DNA of 61,348 nucleotides, counting the filler. It is 8 parts of 8 records of this genome, joined end to end, with 100 filler letters (N's around TTAATTAATTAA, not from the genome) between each part and the next. Parts side by side here need not be neighbours in the genome. Positions count along the whole stretch, not along the records: positions 28,162 to 36,787 come from SRR2962707_3957; positions 36,888 to 48,320 come from SRR2962707_3958; 6 more parts are not named here. One strand, 5' to 3'. The first letter of the stretch is position 1; each line of letters starts with the position of its first letter. The translations under genes were made by a program, and so were the position numbers. The notes under the pieces were generated by a model. It searched no databases. It had not been told where the DNA came from and worked only from the letters and a program-made list of their open reading frames with translations. Shown here piece after piece: positions 30,903 through 42,285 of the stretch.

Positions 30903-32069
30903 TTGACTCCCATTCGTATTGTCGCTGATGAAAACATGCCGGGGCTGGCGCCCTTTGAAGCGCTCGGGACGGTGCGCCGTGTGGACGGCCGCCGCCTTAC
31001 CCGGATCGACCTTGCCGACACCGAGGTGTTACTGGTGCGCTCCGTTACCCGGGTGGACCGGGCGTTGCTGGAGGGCACCCCGGTGCGTTTCGTCGGCTCC
31101 GCCACCATCGGCACCGATCACGTGGACCGGGCGGCGCTCAAGGCCATGGGCGTGGCCTTCGCCCATGCGCCGGGTTGCAACGCCCGGGCGGTGGCGGAGT
31201 ATGTGCTGCAGGCGCTGTTGCTGGCCTGCCGGGAACAGGGCAGGACCTTGCGCGACAGCAGCGTGGGAATTGTGGGTCTGGGGAACGTGGGCAGCCGGGT
31301 GGCGCAGTGGCTGAGCGCCCTTGGGGTAACGGTCCTGGCCTGTGATCCGCCGCTGCAACGGGCCGGAGCCGATACCGTGGTGCCGCTGACCGACCTGGAT
31401 ACGGTGCTGGCGGCGGATCTGGTTACCCTGCACGTGCCGCTGACTCGCCAGGGGCCGGATGCCACCTTCCATATGCTCGACCGGGAGCGCTTGTCGCGTC
31501 TCGGCCCCCGGCAAACGCTGCTCAGTACCTGCCGGGGCGCGGTGATCGACAACCAGGCGTTGCGGGAGAGACTGACGGACGCCGACGCGCCGCTGGTGCT
31601 GCTGGACGTCTGGGAGGGGGAGCCACGAATCGATGCCGGGCTGCTGACGCGGGTGCGCCTTGGTTCCCCGCATGTGGCCGGCTACAGCGTGGAAGGGAAG
31701 TGGCTGGGCACCGCCATGCTCCACCAGGCCTTCCGCCTGTGGCGGGGGGAAAGCGCCGGGGTTCCGGTGATGGCCGGGGAGCGGCCGATACTGGAACACC
31801 CGGTGGCGAACGAGGGTGATCTGCTGACGTTGTTAAGGCGGGCGTACCGGATTGACGATGATGACCGACGCCTGCGTGCCAGCGTCGATGATATCGACCC
31901 GGGGAGGGCCTTCGACGCCTTGCGGCGCGACTATCCGCCGCGCCACGAACTGCACCACTGGCGTCACCGCGGAGAGGCGACGCCGGCGCTGGGCGCCTTG
32001 CTCAGCCTGCTTTTCGATCCGCCTGGCGCGGGTAGCGCCATGCCTGCTCCAGCTCTCGACAGGCCTTGA
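30903..32069 (+). CDS. pdxB: Erythronate-4-phosphate dehydrogenase
   Basis: IVADENMP, LLVRSVT, GSATIGTDH, APGCNA, GLGNVG, LDVWEGEP, PHVAGYS. Confidence 0.94.
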   Translation: MTPIRIVADENMPGLAPFEALGTVRRVDGRRLTRIDLADTEVLLVRSVTRVDRALLEGTPVRFVGSATIGTDHVDRAALKAMGVAFAHAPGCNARAVAEYVLQALLLACREQGRTLRDSSVGIVGLGNVGSRVAQWLSALGVTVLACDPPLQRAGADTVVPLTDLDTVLAADLVTLHVPLTRQGPDATFHMLDRERLSRLGPRQTLLSTCRGAVIDNQALRERLTDADAPLVLLDVWEGEPRIDAGLLTRVRLGSPHVAGYSVEGKWLGTAMLHQAFRLWRGESAGVPVMAGERPILEHPVANEGDLLTLLRRAYRIDDDDRRLRASVDDIDPGRAFDALRRDYPPRHELHHWRHRGEATPALGALLSLLFDPPGAGSAMPAPALDRP

Positions 32070-32175
32070 GAATCATCGCTTCGGTGATCGGAATCTCACG
32101 TCCCTGTTCGTCCACCAGGGCGGCGTCGTTGAAATCTCCGGATCCCGGCGAGCGGGAGAGGGAAGTGCGGCTCAT
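32002..32175 (-). CDS. PA1571-family small protein
   Basis: AALVDEQGREIPITEAMILKAC motif; GGAGA RBS; located between pdxB and the ATP-NAD kinase. Confidence 0.75.
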   Translation of the reverse strand: MSRTSLSRSPGSGDFNDAALVDEQGREIPITEAMILKACRELEQAWRYPRQADRKAG

Positions 32176-32277
32176 GGTAGTCTCTCCGTTAATCCGACCC
32201 TCCATGGAGGGCTGACCTTTGGGTTCGGGGTGATCTCCCCCGGCACGGCCATTCTTGTTGTTGGATATGATGATTTT

Positions 32278-33426
32278 ATGACGATGGACGAAAAATCCCC
32301 GCTAACCGTGGGGGTACTGGTCAATCCGTTCGCCGGCATCGGCGGTGCCGTCGGCCTGAAAGGCAGTGACGGTGCCGAAACCCGTGCCGAGGCCCTGCGC
32401 CGGGGCGCACGGCCGATGGCGGTGGAGCGCATGACCCGGGCCCTGCAAGCGCTGGGACCGGCGGCGCGGCCGCTGCGCTGGTTGACCTGGGGCGGCGACA
32501 TGGGCGAACACAGCTGCCGGGACGCCGGTCTCCAGGCGGAGATCGTGGGACAGTCGCCGTGGGCCAGCGAAGCCGAACACAGCCGCGAGGCGGCGGCGGC
32601 TCTGGTGGCGGCCGGTGTCGACCTGCTGTTGTTCGCTGGCGGTGATGGCACCGCCCGGGATCTGGTGGACGCGGTGGGGCAGCGCATCCCGGTGCTGGGC
32701 GTGCCGGCCGGCTGCAAAATGCATTCGGCGGTGTACGCGGTGAACCCGGAAGCCGCCGGCCACTTGCTGGCGGACTTGCGCGATGGTGGGCTGGTGGCGC
32801 TGCAGGAAGCGGAGGTCCGTGACATCGACGAAGAGGCGTTCCGCCACGGTGAGGTTCGCGCCCGTTACTATGGCAGCCTGATGGTGCCGCAAGAGGGACG
32901 CTACCTGCAGCAGGTGAAATGTGGCGGCCGCGAAGTGGAGGACCTGGTGGTCACCGAAATCGCCGCCTGGGTCATCGACACGCTGGAGGATGACGTTTAT
33001 TACCTGGTTGGCTCCGGTTCCACCGTGGCGGTGGTGATGGAACAACTGGGACTGCCGAATACCCTGCTCGGGGTGGATATCATCCGCAATGGCGAGGTGG
33101 TGGCGGCCGATGTAGGCGCCGAAGCGATCCTGGAATGTATCGGCGAAGCGCCGGCGCGGGCGCTGCTGACCGTGATCGGTGGTCAGGGGCACTTGTTTGG
33201 CCGTGGCAATCAGCAGTTCAGCCCGGCGGTGATTCGCCGTCTCGGTAAGGACCGCGTCCAGATCCTCGCCAGCCGGGGTAAACTGGCCACTCTGGAAGGG
33301 CGCCCATTGCTGGTGGACACCGGTGACGCCACACTGGATCAGGAACTGTGCGGACTTTGGCCGGTGACCAGCGGCTATGAGGATACGTTACTGTATCGGG
33401 TGGCGCTGGACGCCGGTGATGCGTAA
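32278..33426 (+). CDS. ATP-NAD kinase-family protein
   Basis: VNPFAGIGGAVGLKGSDG, FAGGDGTARD, GVPAGCKMHS, GGQGHLFGRGNQQ; the real start is near 32278/32284, not 31852. Confidence 0.88.
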   Translation: MTMDEKSPLTVGVLVNPFAGIGGAVGLKGSDGAETRAEALRRGARPMAVERMTRALQALGPAARPLRWLTWGGDMGEHSCRDAGLQAEIVGQSPWASEAEHSREAAAALVAAGVDLLLFAGGDGTARDLVDAVGQRIPVLGVPAGCKMHSAVYAVNPEAAGHLLADLRDGGLVALQEAEVRDIDEEAFRHGEVRARYYGSLMVPQEGRYLQQVKCGGREVEDLVVTEIAAWVIDTLEDDVYYLVGSGSTVAVVMEQLGLPNTLLGVDIIRNGEVVAADVGAEAILECIGEAPARALLTVIGGQGHLFGRGNQQFSPAVIRRLGKDRVQILASRGKLATLEGRPLLVDTGDATLDQELCGLWPVTSGYEDTLLYRVALDAGDA

Positions 33427-33454
33427 ATGGTCGGGCGCCAGAACTAAAAGGCTG

Positions 33455-33527
33455 CTGTAGGAGCTTGCCTTGCAAGCGAATTCGGCATCCGGCGCAAAAG
33501 ATTCGCTTGCAGGGCAAGCTCCTACAG
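33455..33527. repeat. REP doublet (REPIN): inverted GTAG-type REPs
   Basis: CTGTAGGAGCTTGCCTTGCAAGCGAAT (33455-33481) and its reverse complement with 1 mismatch (33501-33527). Confidence 0.85.
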
Positions 33528-33543
33528 TGGCTTCGAACTCCCT

Positions 33544-33569
33544 CTGTAGGAAGCTGCTTTAGTAGCGAT
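33544..33569 (+). repeat. Solo REP-like unit of a second class
   Basis: CTGTAGGAAGCTGCTTTAGTAGCGAT: GTAG head plus imperfect palindrome. Confidence 0.55.
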
Positions 33570-33620
33570 GGCGTGCCAGCGTGTTGCGTGTAAGCGCTTT
33601 TCAAAACAAAGAGGATTGAG

Positions 33621-34418
33621 ATGATGGCTTCCCTGGCGGATCAGGTGATCTGGATTACCGGCGCCTCCTCCGGGATCGGCGAGGCGCTGGCGGCGGAATA
33701 CGCCCGCTATGGCGCCCGGCTGGTGTTGTCCGCCCGTCGGCGGGAGGAATTGGAGCGAGTTCGCGACGCCTTGGTGAACGCCGACCAGCACCTGGTTCTG
33801 CCGCTGGACCTGTCCGACGTCGACGCCATGTCTGCGGCGGTGGAGCAGGTCATGGCCCGCTTCGGGCGGCTGGATCAGGTGGTGCACAACGGCGGCATCT
33901 CCCAGCGTTCGCTGGTGCGTGACACCGGCGTGGCGGTGGATCAGCGCATCATGGCGGTGAATTACTTCGGCGCGGTGGCGCTGACCAAGGCGGTGCTGCC
34001 GGTGTTCCGGGCGGCCAAAGCCGGCCGTTTCGTGGTGGTGACCTCGCTGGTGGGGGAACTGCCGACGCCGCTGCGATCCGCCTACAGCGCCAGCAAACAC
34101 GCCTTGCACGGTTTTTTCGAGGCGCTGCGGGCGGAAGAGTACGATGAGGGGATCCGGGTCACTCTGGTCATGCCCGGTTTCATCCGTACCCAGGTATCGG
34201 TGAACGCGCTGGTGGGCGACGGTTCCGCCCAGGGCACCATGGACGCGGCCCAGGAGCAGGGCCTGGCCGCCGAGGAGTGCGCCCGGCGGGTGGTGGAGGC
34301 CGTGCAGCGTGGCCGCGATCAGGTTATCATCGCCGGCCGCGAGCGCATGGGCGTGTATCTGAAACGATGGTGTCCGCCGTTGTACCGCCGCCTGATCCGC
34401 AAGATCAAGGTCACCTGA
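33621..34418 (+). CDS. Short-chain dehydrogenase/reductase (DHRS7-like)
   Basis: TGASSGIG, HNGG, YSASK. Confidence 0.92.
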   Translation: MMASLADQVIWITGASSGIGEALAAEYARYGARLVLSARRREELERVRDALVNADQHLVLPLDLSDVDAMSAAVEQVMARFGRLDQVVHNGGISQRSLVRDTGVAVDQRIMAVNYFGAVALTKAVLPVFRAAKAGRFVVVTSLVGELPTPLRSAYSASKHALHGFFEALRAEEYDEGIRVTLVMPGFIRTQVSVNALVGDGSAQGTMDAAQEQGLAAEECARRVVEAVQRGRDQVIIAGRERMGVYLKRWCPPLYRRLIRKIKVT

Positions 34419-34460
34419 CCCCTTAACTCACCAATCCGCAGAGCCCGTTCAGAGGTTGCC

Positions 34461-35330
34461 ATGGCAAGCGTCACCGACAGTCTCGATGCCAAGCATCGCA
34501 CTCACTTCAACAAGCTGCAGAAGAAATTGCGGCGGGAAGTGGGCAAGGCCATCGCTGATTACAACATGATCGCCGACGGCGACAAGGTGATGGTGTGTCT
34601 GTCCGGCGGCAAGGATTCCTACACCATGCTGGAGATTTTGCGCAATCTGCAGCTTTCCGCGCCGGTCAGCTTCGAGCTGGTGGCGGTGAATCTGGATCAG
34701 AAACAACCGGGTTTCCCGGAGCACGTACTGCCGGATTACCTGGAGAAGGAAGGGGTGTCTTATCACATCCTGGAGAAGGACACTTATTCCATCGTCAAGG
34801 AAAAGGTGCCGGAAGGAAAAACCACCTGTGGGCTCTGTTCACGGCTGCGACGGGGCAGTCTGTATGGGTTTGCGGAGGAGATCGGCGCCAACAAGATCGC
34901 CCTGGGCCACCACCGTGACGACATCGTCGAGACCCTGTTCCTGAACATGTTCTTCGGCGGCAAGATGAAAGCCATGCCGCCGAAGTTGCGCAGCGACGAC
35001 AACAAGAACGTGGTGATCCGCCCGCTGGCCTACTGCCGGGAAAAGGACATTGTGCGCTTCGCCCGCTACAAGGATTTTCCGATCATTCCCTGTAACCTGT
35101 GCGGTTCCCAGGAGAATCTGCAGCGCCAGACCATCAAGGAAATGCTCAACAACTGGGATCGTGAGCATCCCGGCCGTATCGAGAGCATCTTTTCCGCGAT
35201 TCAGAATATCGCCCCCTCCCAACTGGCGGACACCCGCCTGTTTGATTTTGAACACCTGGAAGACGGCGTGCAGCGAGCAGGGCAGCAAGCCCACCGTCTG
35301 GATGTGGTCAACTTGTTCGGCGGCCATTGA
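34461..35330 (+). CDS. ttcA: tRNA 2-thiocytidine(32) synthetase
   Basis: SGGKDS PP-loop, [23 protein letters not shown]. Confidence 0.96.
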   Translation: MASVTDSLDAKHRTHFNKLQKKLRREVGKAIADYNMIADGDKVMVCLSGGKDSYTMLEILRNLQLSAPVSFELVAVNLDQKQPGFPEHVLPDYLEKEGVSYHILEKDTYSIVKEKVPEGKTTCGLCSRLRRGSLYGFAEEIGANKIALGHHRDDIVETLFLNMFFGGKMKAMPPKLRSDDNKNVVIRPLAYCREKDIVRFARYKDFPIIPCNLCGSQENLQRQTIKEMLNNWDREHPGRIESIFSAIQNIAPSQLADTRLFDFEHLEDGVQRAGQQAHRLDVVNLFGGH

Positions 35331-35479
35331 TCGGCCTGACCGGTGCGTCACACCGGAAACGGTTGATGGCATGAATCATGGCGGTGTTTCGGGTAAAATG
35401 CCGCCGCTTTCCGGCCTCTGGGCCTCGCGCACCGCGCCGCCCGGGCCTTGTTTTCGACTCGACCAGAAGGTAGGAGCAC

Positions 35480-36787
35480 ATGACCGATCGCATTAAAAAG
35501 GGCGGACTGGAAATCGCCGCTGAACTTCATGATCTGGTAGTCAACGAAGTGGCGCCGGGTACCGGTGTGGATGTGGAACACTTCTGGGCGCAGCTGGAAC
35601 AGATCGTGGCCGACCTGGCGCCGCGCAACAAGGCCTTGCTGGCCAAGCGTGACGAAATCCAGCAGAAGATCGACGGCTGGCATCTGGAGCGCAAGGGCAA
35701 GCAGATCGACCTGCCGGAATACAAGCGCTTCCTCACCGAGCTGGGCTACCTGCTGCCGGAAGGCGATGATTTCAAAGTGGCCACCCAGAACGTGGACGAC
35801 GAGATCGCCCACATTGCCGGGCCGCAGCTGGTGGTGCCGGTGAAGAACGCCCGTTTCGCCCTGAACGCCGCCAATGCCCGTTGGGGCAGCCTGTATGACG
35901 CGCTCTACGGTACCGATGCCATCTCCGAGGAAGACGGCGCCGAGCGCGGTGGCGCTTACAATCCGAAACGCGGTGACAAGGTGATTGCCTTTGCCCGTGA
36001 TTTCCTCGACACCTATTTCCCGCTGGCCAATGGCTCCCACAAGGACAGCACCGGCTACGCGATCCGCGACGGCAAGCTGGTGGTGAGCCTGAAAGAGGGC
36101 GAATCCGGTCTGGCCGACGAAGGCCAACTGCGCGGCTACCTGGGCGACGCCGAGCGTCCCAGCGGCGTGCTGCTGAAGCACAACAATCTGCATGCGGAAA
36201 TCCAGATCGACGATCAACATCCGATCGGTGCCGAGGACCCGGCCAACGTCAAGGACGTGCTGCTGGAATCCGCCATCACCACCATTCAGGACTGCGAGGA
36301 CTCCGTTGCCGCGGTGGACGCCGAGGACAAAGTCGAGGTGTATCGCAACTGGGCGGGCCTGATGAAAGGTGACCTGAAGGAAAGCTTCGACAAGGGCGGC
36401 CGCACCCTGACCCGCGCCCTCAACCCGGACCGTGAATACACCGCGCTGGACGGCGGCAAGCTGGTGCTGCCGGGCCGTTCCCTGCTGCTGGTGCGCAACG
36501 TCGGTCACCTGATGACCAACCCGGCGATCCTGCACAACGGTGAGGAAATCCCGGAAGGCATCATGGACGCCATGGTCACCGTGCTGGCCGCCATCCACGA
36601 TCTGAAGAAGCAGGACGGCGCCGATTTCCGCAACAGCCGCACCGGCTCCGTGTACATCGTGAAGCCGAAAATGCACGGTCCGGAAGAAGTGGCGTTCGCG
36701 GTGGAACTGTTCGAGCGGGTGGAAAAAGCGCTGGGTCTGCCGGCCAATACTCTGAAGATCGGCATCATGGACGAAGAGCGCCGCACC
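35480..36787 (+). CDS. glcB: Malate synthase G, truncated by the contig end
   Basis: [52 protein letters not shown]. Confidence 0.96.
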
Positions 36788-36887
36788 NNNNNNNNNNNNN
36801 NNNNNNNNNNNNNNNNNNNNNNNNNNNNNNNTTAATTAATTAANNNNNNNNNNNNNNNNNNNNNNNNNNNNNNNNNNNNNNNNNNNN

Positions 36888-37686
36888 CGATGAACGGCGC
36901 GTTGCCGCCCAGTTCCAGGGACACCTTCTGGATGTGCTCGGCGCACTGTGCCATCAACTGGCTGCCTACTTCGGTGGAGCCGGTGAAGCTGACTTTGCGC
37001 ACCACCGGAGACTGGGTGATGGTAGTGGAAATGGCGGCGGCGGAACCGGTGATCACATTGATCACACCGGCGGGAATGCCGGCCCGGGTGGCCAGTTCAC
37101 CCAGCGCCAGCGCGGAATAGGGGGTGGCGCTGGCCGGCTTGACCACCATGGTGCAGCCGGCGGCCAGGGCCGCGCCGGCCTTGCGGGTGATCATGGAGGA
37201 GGGGAAGTTCCAGGGCGTGATCGCGGCGGTGACGCCGATGGGTTGCTTGATCACCACGATACGCTGGCCGGGACGGGCGCCGGGGATGGTGTTGCCATAG
37301 GCGCGCCGGGCTTCCTCGGCGAACCATTTCAGGAAGGAGGCGGCATAGGCGATTTCGCCCTTGGATTCGGCGAACGGTTTGCCTTGCTCCAGGGTCATGA
37401 TGGTGGCCAGGTCGTCCTGGTGCGCCATCATTAACTCATACCAGGCGTAGAGCAGTTTACCGCGCTCTTCCGCGGTTTTGTCACGCCAGGCGGGCAGGGC
37501 GTTGTCGGCGGCGGCGATGGCCTGCCGGGTTCCCTCTTCCGCCATGCGGGGCACGGTGCCGATGATTTCTCCGGTGGCGGGATTATCCACGTCCAGGGTG
37601 GCGCCACCCTCGGCATCACACCACTGCCCGTTGATGAAACACTGCTGGCGGAACAGATCAGAGTCCTTGAGGTTGTGCTGGGTCAT
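36888..37686 (-). CDS. gabD: NAD(P)-dependent succinate-semialdehyde dehydrogenase, N-terminal part
   Basis: LFRQQCFING, ITPWNFP, SFTGSTEVG, SLELGGNAPF. Confidence 0.88.
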
Positions 37687-37830
37687 GGTGTGGCTCTCCT
37701 GAAAGCGCATCAAAGGCAAGAGGCGCGGCCTGTGGCCGCGCCCGTGAAAATAGAGGTATAGGGTTACGCTAGCAGAGCCCGGCGCGCAATCCCATCCCTT
37801 GGTAAATCGGATTTACAAATCAGCGTGATC

Positions 37831-37873
37831 GAGAAAAACAGGCGGGCGGCGGGCCCGCCGGAAGCGGGCCCGC
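37831..37873 (-). terminator. Probable intrinsic terminator of suhB
   Basis: GCGGGCCCGC-N5-GCGGGCCCGC stem followed on the minus strand by ...CCTGTTTTTCTC. Confidence 0.55.
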
Positions 37874-37879
37874 GCGGGC

Positions 37880-38701
37880 TTACTGGCGGCGCAGGGCCGC
37901 GGTGAGATGGGGCTGGATTTTCTGCAGCAGGCCCTTGAAGACCTTGGGCGCTCCGGCCACCACATGGCCAAAGTCCAGGTGCCCGTGGCCGCCAGCGAGG
38001 TCGCCCACCAGGCCACCGGCTTCGGTGATCAGCAGTGTGCCCGCGGCCATGTCCCAGGGCGCCAGGCCGATCTCGAAGAAACCGTCCATGCGTCCGGCGG
38101 CGACCCAGGCCAGATCAAGGGCGGCGGAGCCGGGACGGCGCAGGCCGGCGGTGGATTCGGCGATGGACTTGAACATGCCGAGATAGGCATCCAGGTGCTG
38201 GACCTGGTCGGCGCGGAAGGGAAAACCGGTGCCGATCAGGGCGCCGGTCAGACCGGCGCGCTTGCTGACCCGGATACGGCGGCCGTTGAGCGCCGCGCCG
38301 CGGCCGCGGCTGGCGGTGAATTCCTCATCGCGCAGTGGATCGTAGATCACCGCGTGCTCGACCCGGCCTTTGATGGACAGAGCAATGGAAACGCAATATT
38401 GCGGAAAACCGTGGATGAAGTTGGTGGTGCCGTCCAGAGGGTCAATGATCCACTGATAGTCGGCACCTTCTCCGGTGCCGGTGATTTCGCCGCCTTCCTC
38501 GGCGAGGATGCCATGTTGCGGATAGGCTTTGCGAATCACCTCGATGATGCGAGCTTCCGCCGCCCGGTCCACCTGGGTGACGAAGTCGTTCATGCCCTTT
38601 TGATCCACGGTCAGGGGATCGTTGTTCTCCGCCGCGCGGCGGATCAGATTGCCCGCCTGGCGGGCGGCTCGCAGAGCAATGTTCACTTGCGGCGCGTGCA
38701 T
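37880..38701 (-). CDS. suhB: Inositol monophosphatase SuhB
   Basis: WIIDPLDGTTNFIHG, RRPGSAALDL, WDMAAG; divergent from trmJ as is usual in gammaproteobacteria. Confidence 0.94.
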   Translation of the reverse strand: MHAPQVNIALRAARQAGNLIRRAAENNDPLTVDQKGMNDFVTQVDRAAEARIIEVIRKAYPQHGILAEEGGEITGTGEGADYQWIIDPLDGTTNFIHGFPQYCVSIALSIKGRVEHAVIYDPLRDEEFTASRGRGAALNGRRIRVSKRAGLTGALIGTGFPFRADQVQHLDAYLGMFKSIAESTAGLRRPGSAALDLAWVAAGRMDGFFEIGLAPWDMAAGTLLITEAGGLVGDLAGGHGHLDFGHVVAGAPKVFKGLLQKIQPHLTAALRRQ

Positions 38702-38854
38702 GCCGGTATCCTGTCGGTTTAAAAGAGCGGTTCGGGCCGGCGACCTTGAACGGGCACCAGGAGCCATATTGCCGCGAAGTTTAGCAGAGGCGGAGGACTG
38801 TGGGCAGGTGAGAATCTGTTAAACTCCCTTTCTTTCCCGCGATTTGGATACATC

Positions 38855-39622
38855 ATGTTAGACAACGTGCGCGTGGTGATGGTGGGGACCACCCACCCGG
38901 GCAATATCGGTGCGGCGGCTCGTGCCATGAAAACCATGGGGCTGAGCGATCTGCGGCTGGTGACGCCCAAGATCTACCCCAGTGCCGAAGCTACGTCCCG
39001 TGCCTCCGGCGCTGGCGACATTCTCGCCGCGGCCCGGGTTTGCGATAGCCTGGACGAAGCCCTGGAAGGCGCCACTCTGGTGGTGGGCACCAGTGCCCGC
39101 CACCGCCGTATTCCCTGGCCTTGTCTGACACCCCGCGAACTCGGCCAACAGTTGGAGCAGGAGCCCGCCGACGCCCGTATAGCCGTGTTGTTCGGACGTG
39201 AGGATCGTGGCCTGACCAACGAAGAACTGCACCGCTGTAACCTGCATGTTTCCGTGCCCACCAACCCGGAGTATGGTGTGCTGAATGTGGCGTCGGCGGT
39301 GCAGTTGATTGCTTATGAACTGCGTCTGGTACTGGCCGACGACGATACCGTGCCGAAGGCGGCGCGGGCCAATCGCGCCACCATGACGCCACCCCGGATG
39401 TACTGGGACGAGCCGGCGGCCAGTAACGATGCCGTCCAGCACTTCCTCGATCATCTGGAGCGGATCATGGTGCGCAGTGAGTTCCTGGACCCGGAAAAAC
39501 CGGCCCAGGTGATGACACGCATGCGGCGATTGTTCCTGCGCGCCCGCCCCGACAGAATGGAAATCAATATCCTGCGCGGCACCCTGGTGGCCATTGACAA
39601 GGCCCTGGATGACCGCTCATAG
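38855..39622 (+). CDS. trmJ: tRNA (C32/U32-2'-O)-methyltransferase
   Basis: [38 protein letters not shown]. Confidence 0.93.
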   Translation: MLDNVRVVMVGTTHPGNIGAAARAMKTMGLSDLRLVTPKIYPSAEATSRASGAGDILAAARVCDSLDEALEGATLVVGTSARHRRIPWPCLTPRELGQQLEQEPADARIAVLFGREDRGLTNEELHRCNLHVSVPTNPEYGVLNVASAVQLIAYELRLVLADDDTVPKAARANRATMTPPRMYWDEPAASNDAVQHFLDHLERIMVRSEFLDPEKPAQVMTRMRRLFLRARPDRMEINILRGTLVAIDKALDDRS

Positions 39623-39651
39623 AGCAGGCAAACAGGCTCTCTGAGGTAACT

Positions 39652-40422
39652 ATGTTCGAGCAGATCAAAGAGGACATCCAATCCGTCTTTCACCGTGACC
39701 CGGCGGCGCGTAACACCCTTGAGGTGTTGCTGAATTATCCGGGGCTGCACGCCGTCTTGTTCCATCGGCTGGCGCACTGGTGCTGGCGGCACGGTATGAA
39801 ACTGCTCGCTCGCCTGATCTCCACCTTCAGCCGCTGGCTGACCGGCATCGAAATTCATCCGGGCGCGCGCATTGGCCGGCGCTTCTTCATTGATCACGGT
39901 ATGGGGGTGGTGATCGGCGAAACCGCGGAAATCGGTGACGACGTCACGCTCTATCACGGCGTTACCCTGGGTGGCACCAGCTGGAACAAGGGCAAGCGCC
40001 ACCCGACATTGGAAGATGGCGTGGTGGTCGGCGCCGGCGCCAAGGTGCTGGGGCCGTTCGTGGTGCATAAGAACGCCAAGATCGGTTCCAACTCCGTGGT
40101 TACCAAGGAAGTGCCGGAAGGCGCCACGGTGATTGGTATTCCCGGACGCGTGATTCGTCAGCCAGCCAACGAGCAGGAGCGCAATCGCCGGGAAATGGCG
40201 GAGAAGATCGGCTTCCAGGCTTATGGCGTCAGCAACGATATGCCCGACCCGGTGGCGGAGGCCATTGGCACGCTGCTGGATCATATGCACGCGGTGGACG
40301 GTAAGCTGGACCGGGTCTGCGAGAATCTGCGCCGCCAGGGCATCCAGGGCTGCGACGAGCAGTTGCCGGAATTGAAGGATGAGGACTTCGAGTCCATCAA
40401 GGCCCGGGAGGGCACCGACTGA
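39652..40422 (+). CDS. cysE: Serine O-acetyltransferase
   Basis: [33 protein letters not shown] hexapeptide repeats. Confidence 0.96.
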   Translation: MFEQIKEDIQSVFHRDPAARNTLEVLLNYPGLHAVLFHRLAHWCWRHGMKLLARLISTFSRWLTGIEIHPGARIGRRFFIDHGMGVVIGETAEIGDDVTLYHGVTLGGTSWNKGKRHPTLEDGVVVGAGAKVLGPFVVHKNAKIGSNSVVTKEVPEGATVIGIPGRVIRQPANEQERNRREMAEKIGFQAYGVSNDMPDPVAEAIGTLLDHMHAVDGKLDRVCENLRRQGIQGCDEQLPELKDEDFESIKAREGTD

Positions 40423-40475
40423 CACTCCCGCGCGACGGTATCCAGAACAACAACATCAGATAGCGAGGGCAGGGC

Positions 40476-41423
40476 ATGATCGCGAGACTTTTCCCGCTGT
40501 GGGCGGTTTTGTTTTCCATTTTCGCCTATTTCATGCCGGCGCCGCTGGCGGCGCTGTCCGACTGGATCGTGCCGCTGCTGGTGGTGATCATGTTCGGCAT
40601 GGGGCTGACCCTGACCTGGGAAGACTTCCTGCGAGTGTTCAGGGCGCCCGGTGTCATTGGCCTGGGAGTGGTTCTGCAATACCTGGTCATGCCGCTGGCC
40701 GCGCTGCTGGTGGCCAAGGTCCTGGCCCTGCCCACGGAGGTGATGGTCGGACTGGTGATCGTCGGCGCCTGCCCCGGTGGCACCGCTTCCAACGTGATCT
40801 GTTATCTGGCCCGCGCCGATGTGGCGCTCTCCATTGCCATGACCGCTGTTTCCACCCTGGTGGCGGTGTTGGCGACACCGGCGCTGGTCTGGCTGTATCT
40901 GGGTGAAACCCTGCCGGTGCCGGTGGCCGCCATGTTGCTCTCCTTGGTGAAGATCGTGCTGCTGCCGGTGGTCGGTGGCACCCTGATCAATTCCTTACTG
41001 AGAGCGCGGCTGGATCGGGTGCGGGATGCCTTTCCTCTGATTTCCGTGGCCGCCATCGTCCTGGTGATCGGTATCATCGTGGCTCTGAACCAATCCCGCA
41101 TCGCCAGCGGAGGCGCGCTCGTGATGCTGGCGGTGGTGCTGCACAACAGCATCGGCCTGGCCGCCGGCTATGGTGTCGCCAGACTGTTCCGTTTCGACCC
41201 GCGCCGTGCCCGCACCCTCGCCATCGAGGTGGGCATGCAGAATTCCGGTCTCGGCGTGGCGCTGGCGGTGAAGCACTTTACCGCCATGGCCGCCTTGCCC
41301 GGTGCCTTGTTCAGCGTCTGGCACAACCTCTCCGGCGCGGTGCTGGCCTGGTATTGGCGGCGTCAGGAGGAGTCCGCCGAAGCGGCTCAGGCTGACGAAG
41401 ATGCCCGTGGCAATGTCAGATAA
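40476..41423 (+). CDS. Bile acid:sodium symporter-family transporter
   Basis: [28 protein letters not shown]. Confidence 0.92.
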   Translation: MIARLFPLWAVLFSIFAYFMPAPLAALSDWIVPLLVVIMFGMGLTLTWEDFLRVFRAPGVIGLGVVLQYLVMPLAALLVAKVLALPTEVMVGLVIVGACPGGTASNVICYLARADVALSIAMTAVSTLVAVLATPALVWLYLGETLPVPVAAMLLSLVKIVLLPVVGGTLINSLLRARLDRVRDAFPLISVAAIVLVIGIIVALNQSRIASGGALVMLAVVLHNSIGLAAGYGVARLFRFDPRRARTLAIEVGMQNSGLGVALAVKHFTAMAALPGALFSVWHNLSGAVLAWYWRRQEESAEAAQADEDARGNVR

Positions 41424-42241
41424 ACCCCGGCCAGCATCAATGGGGCGCCAAGCAAATGGTGAAGCCCCAGGGTCTGGCCGAGGATCAACCAGGCGAACAG
41501 GGCGGTGAAAAACGGTGTGCTGAGGCGGATTACCGTGGCGGCCGTGGGAGTGATGCGCTGGCACGCCAGCGGGTAGAGATAGCCGGGGGCGAGGGTGGAG
41601 AACAGCGCCAGGCCCACGAACAATCCCCATTGTGGCCAATCGGGCAACGTCAGTGTCGGCACGGCGAACGGCAGGCTTATCAGGGCGCCCAGCAGGCAAC
41701 TGATCAACACCACGGTCCAACCCTGGCCCTGCAAACGCGGCCCGGCCAATGAATACAGTGCCATGGTCACAGCGGCGCCCAGGCCGCAGAAATTACCGAG
41801 AGCGGGAAGGCGGCCCGCGGTTGCCGCCGCGCCGCCTCCAATCAGCACCAACACGCCGGCAAAAGCCAGAACCCCGCCCACCATCTCCTGGTTGCGTAAT
41901 GCCTCCCGTCGGCAAACACGAATCAACATGACGAAGAACGGTGAGGTGGATACCAGCAGCGAGACGCTGACCACATTGCTGAAATAAAAACCGACGGTGG
42001 CGAACAGATAATAGCCAGTCAGCAGGGCTCCCGCGCCATAGCCATGGCGATTGGGTTTGTGGATACCGCCGGAGAGCAGCAGTGCGGGTGCCAGTAGCAC
42101 GGCGGCGGTAAGGAAGCGGAACAATAGCGTGGAAGACACCGGCAAAACCGTCAGCAGTGCCACCCAGATACCGGTGGCCCCCCAAAGCGCGCTGGTGGCG
42201 AAGGCGTATCCTGTTCCCCGCAGTTGAGTGCGATCCATCAA
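41387..42241 (-). CDS. DMT/EamA-family transporter
   Basis: About 10 TM helices in two EamA repeats; 3' end overlaps the convergent symporter by 37 nt. Confidence 0.8.
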   Translation of the reverse strand: MMDRTQLRGTGYAFATSALWGATGIWVALLTVLPVSSTLLFRFLTAAVLLAPALLLSGGIHKPNRHGYGAGALLTGYYLFATVGFYFSNVVSVSLLVSTSPFFVMLIRVCRREALRNQEMVGGVLAFAGVLVLIGGGAAATAGRLPALGNFCGLGAAVTMALYSLAGPRLQGQGWTVVLISCLLGALISLPFAVPTLTLPDWPQWGLFVGLALFSTLAPGYLYPLACQRITPTAATVIRLSTPFFTALFAWLILGQTLGLHHLLGAPLMLAGVYLTLPRASSSA

Positions 42242-42285
42242 TGAATCTTCCTTCCGGTGCCGGATGGGGCAAAGCAGAGGGGGGC

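Noticed and set aside
31852-32277. N-terminal extension of the ATP-NAD kinase ORF
   Set aside because: It overlaps pdxB and the PA1571-like gene; family similarity starts at about 32278.
12442-38701. Two suhB genes as a duplication
   Set aside because: They lie on different contigs from different organisms.
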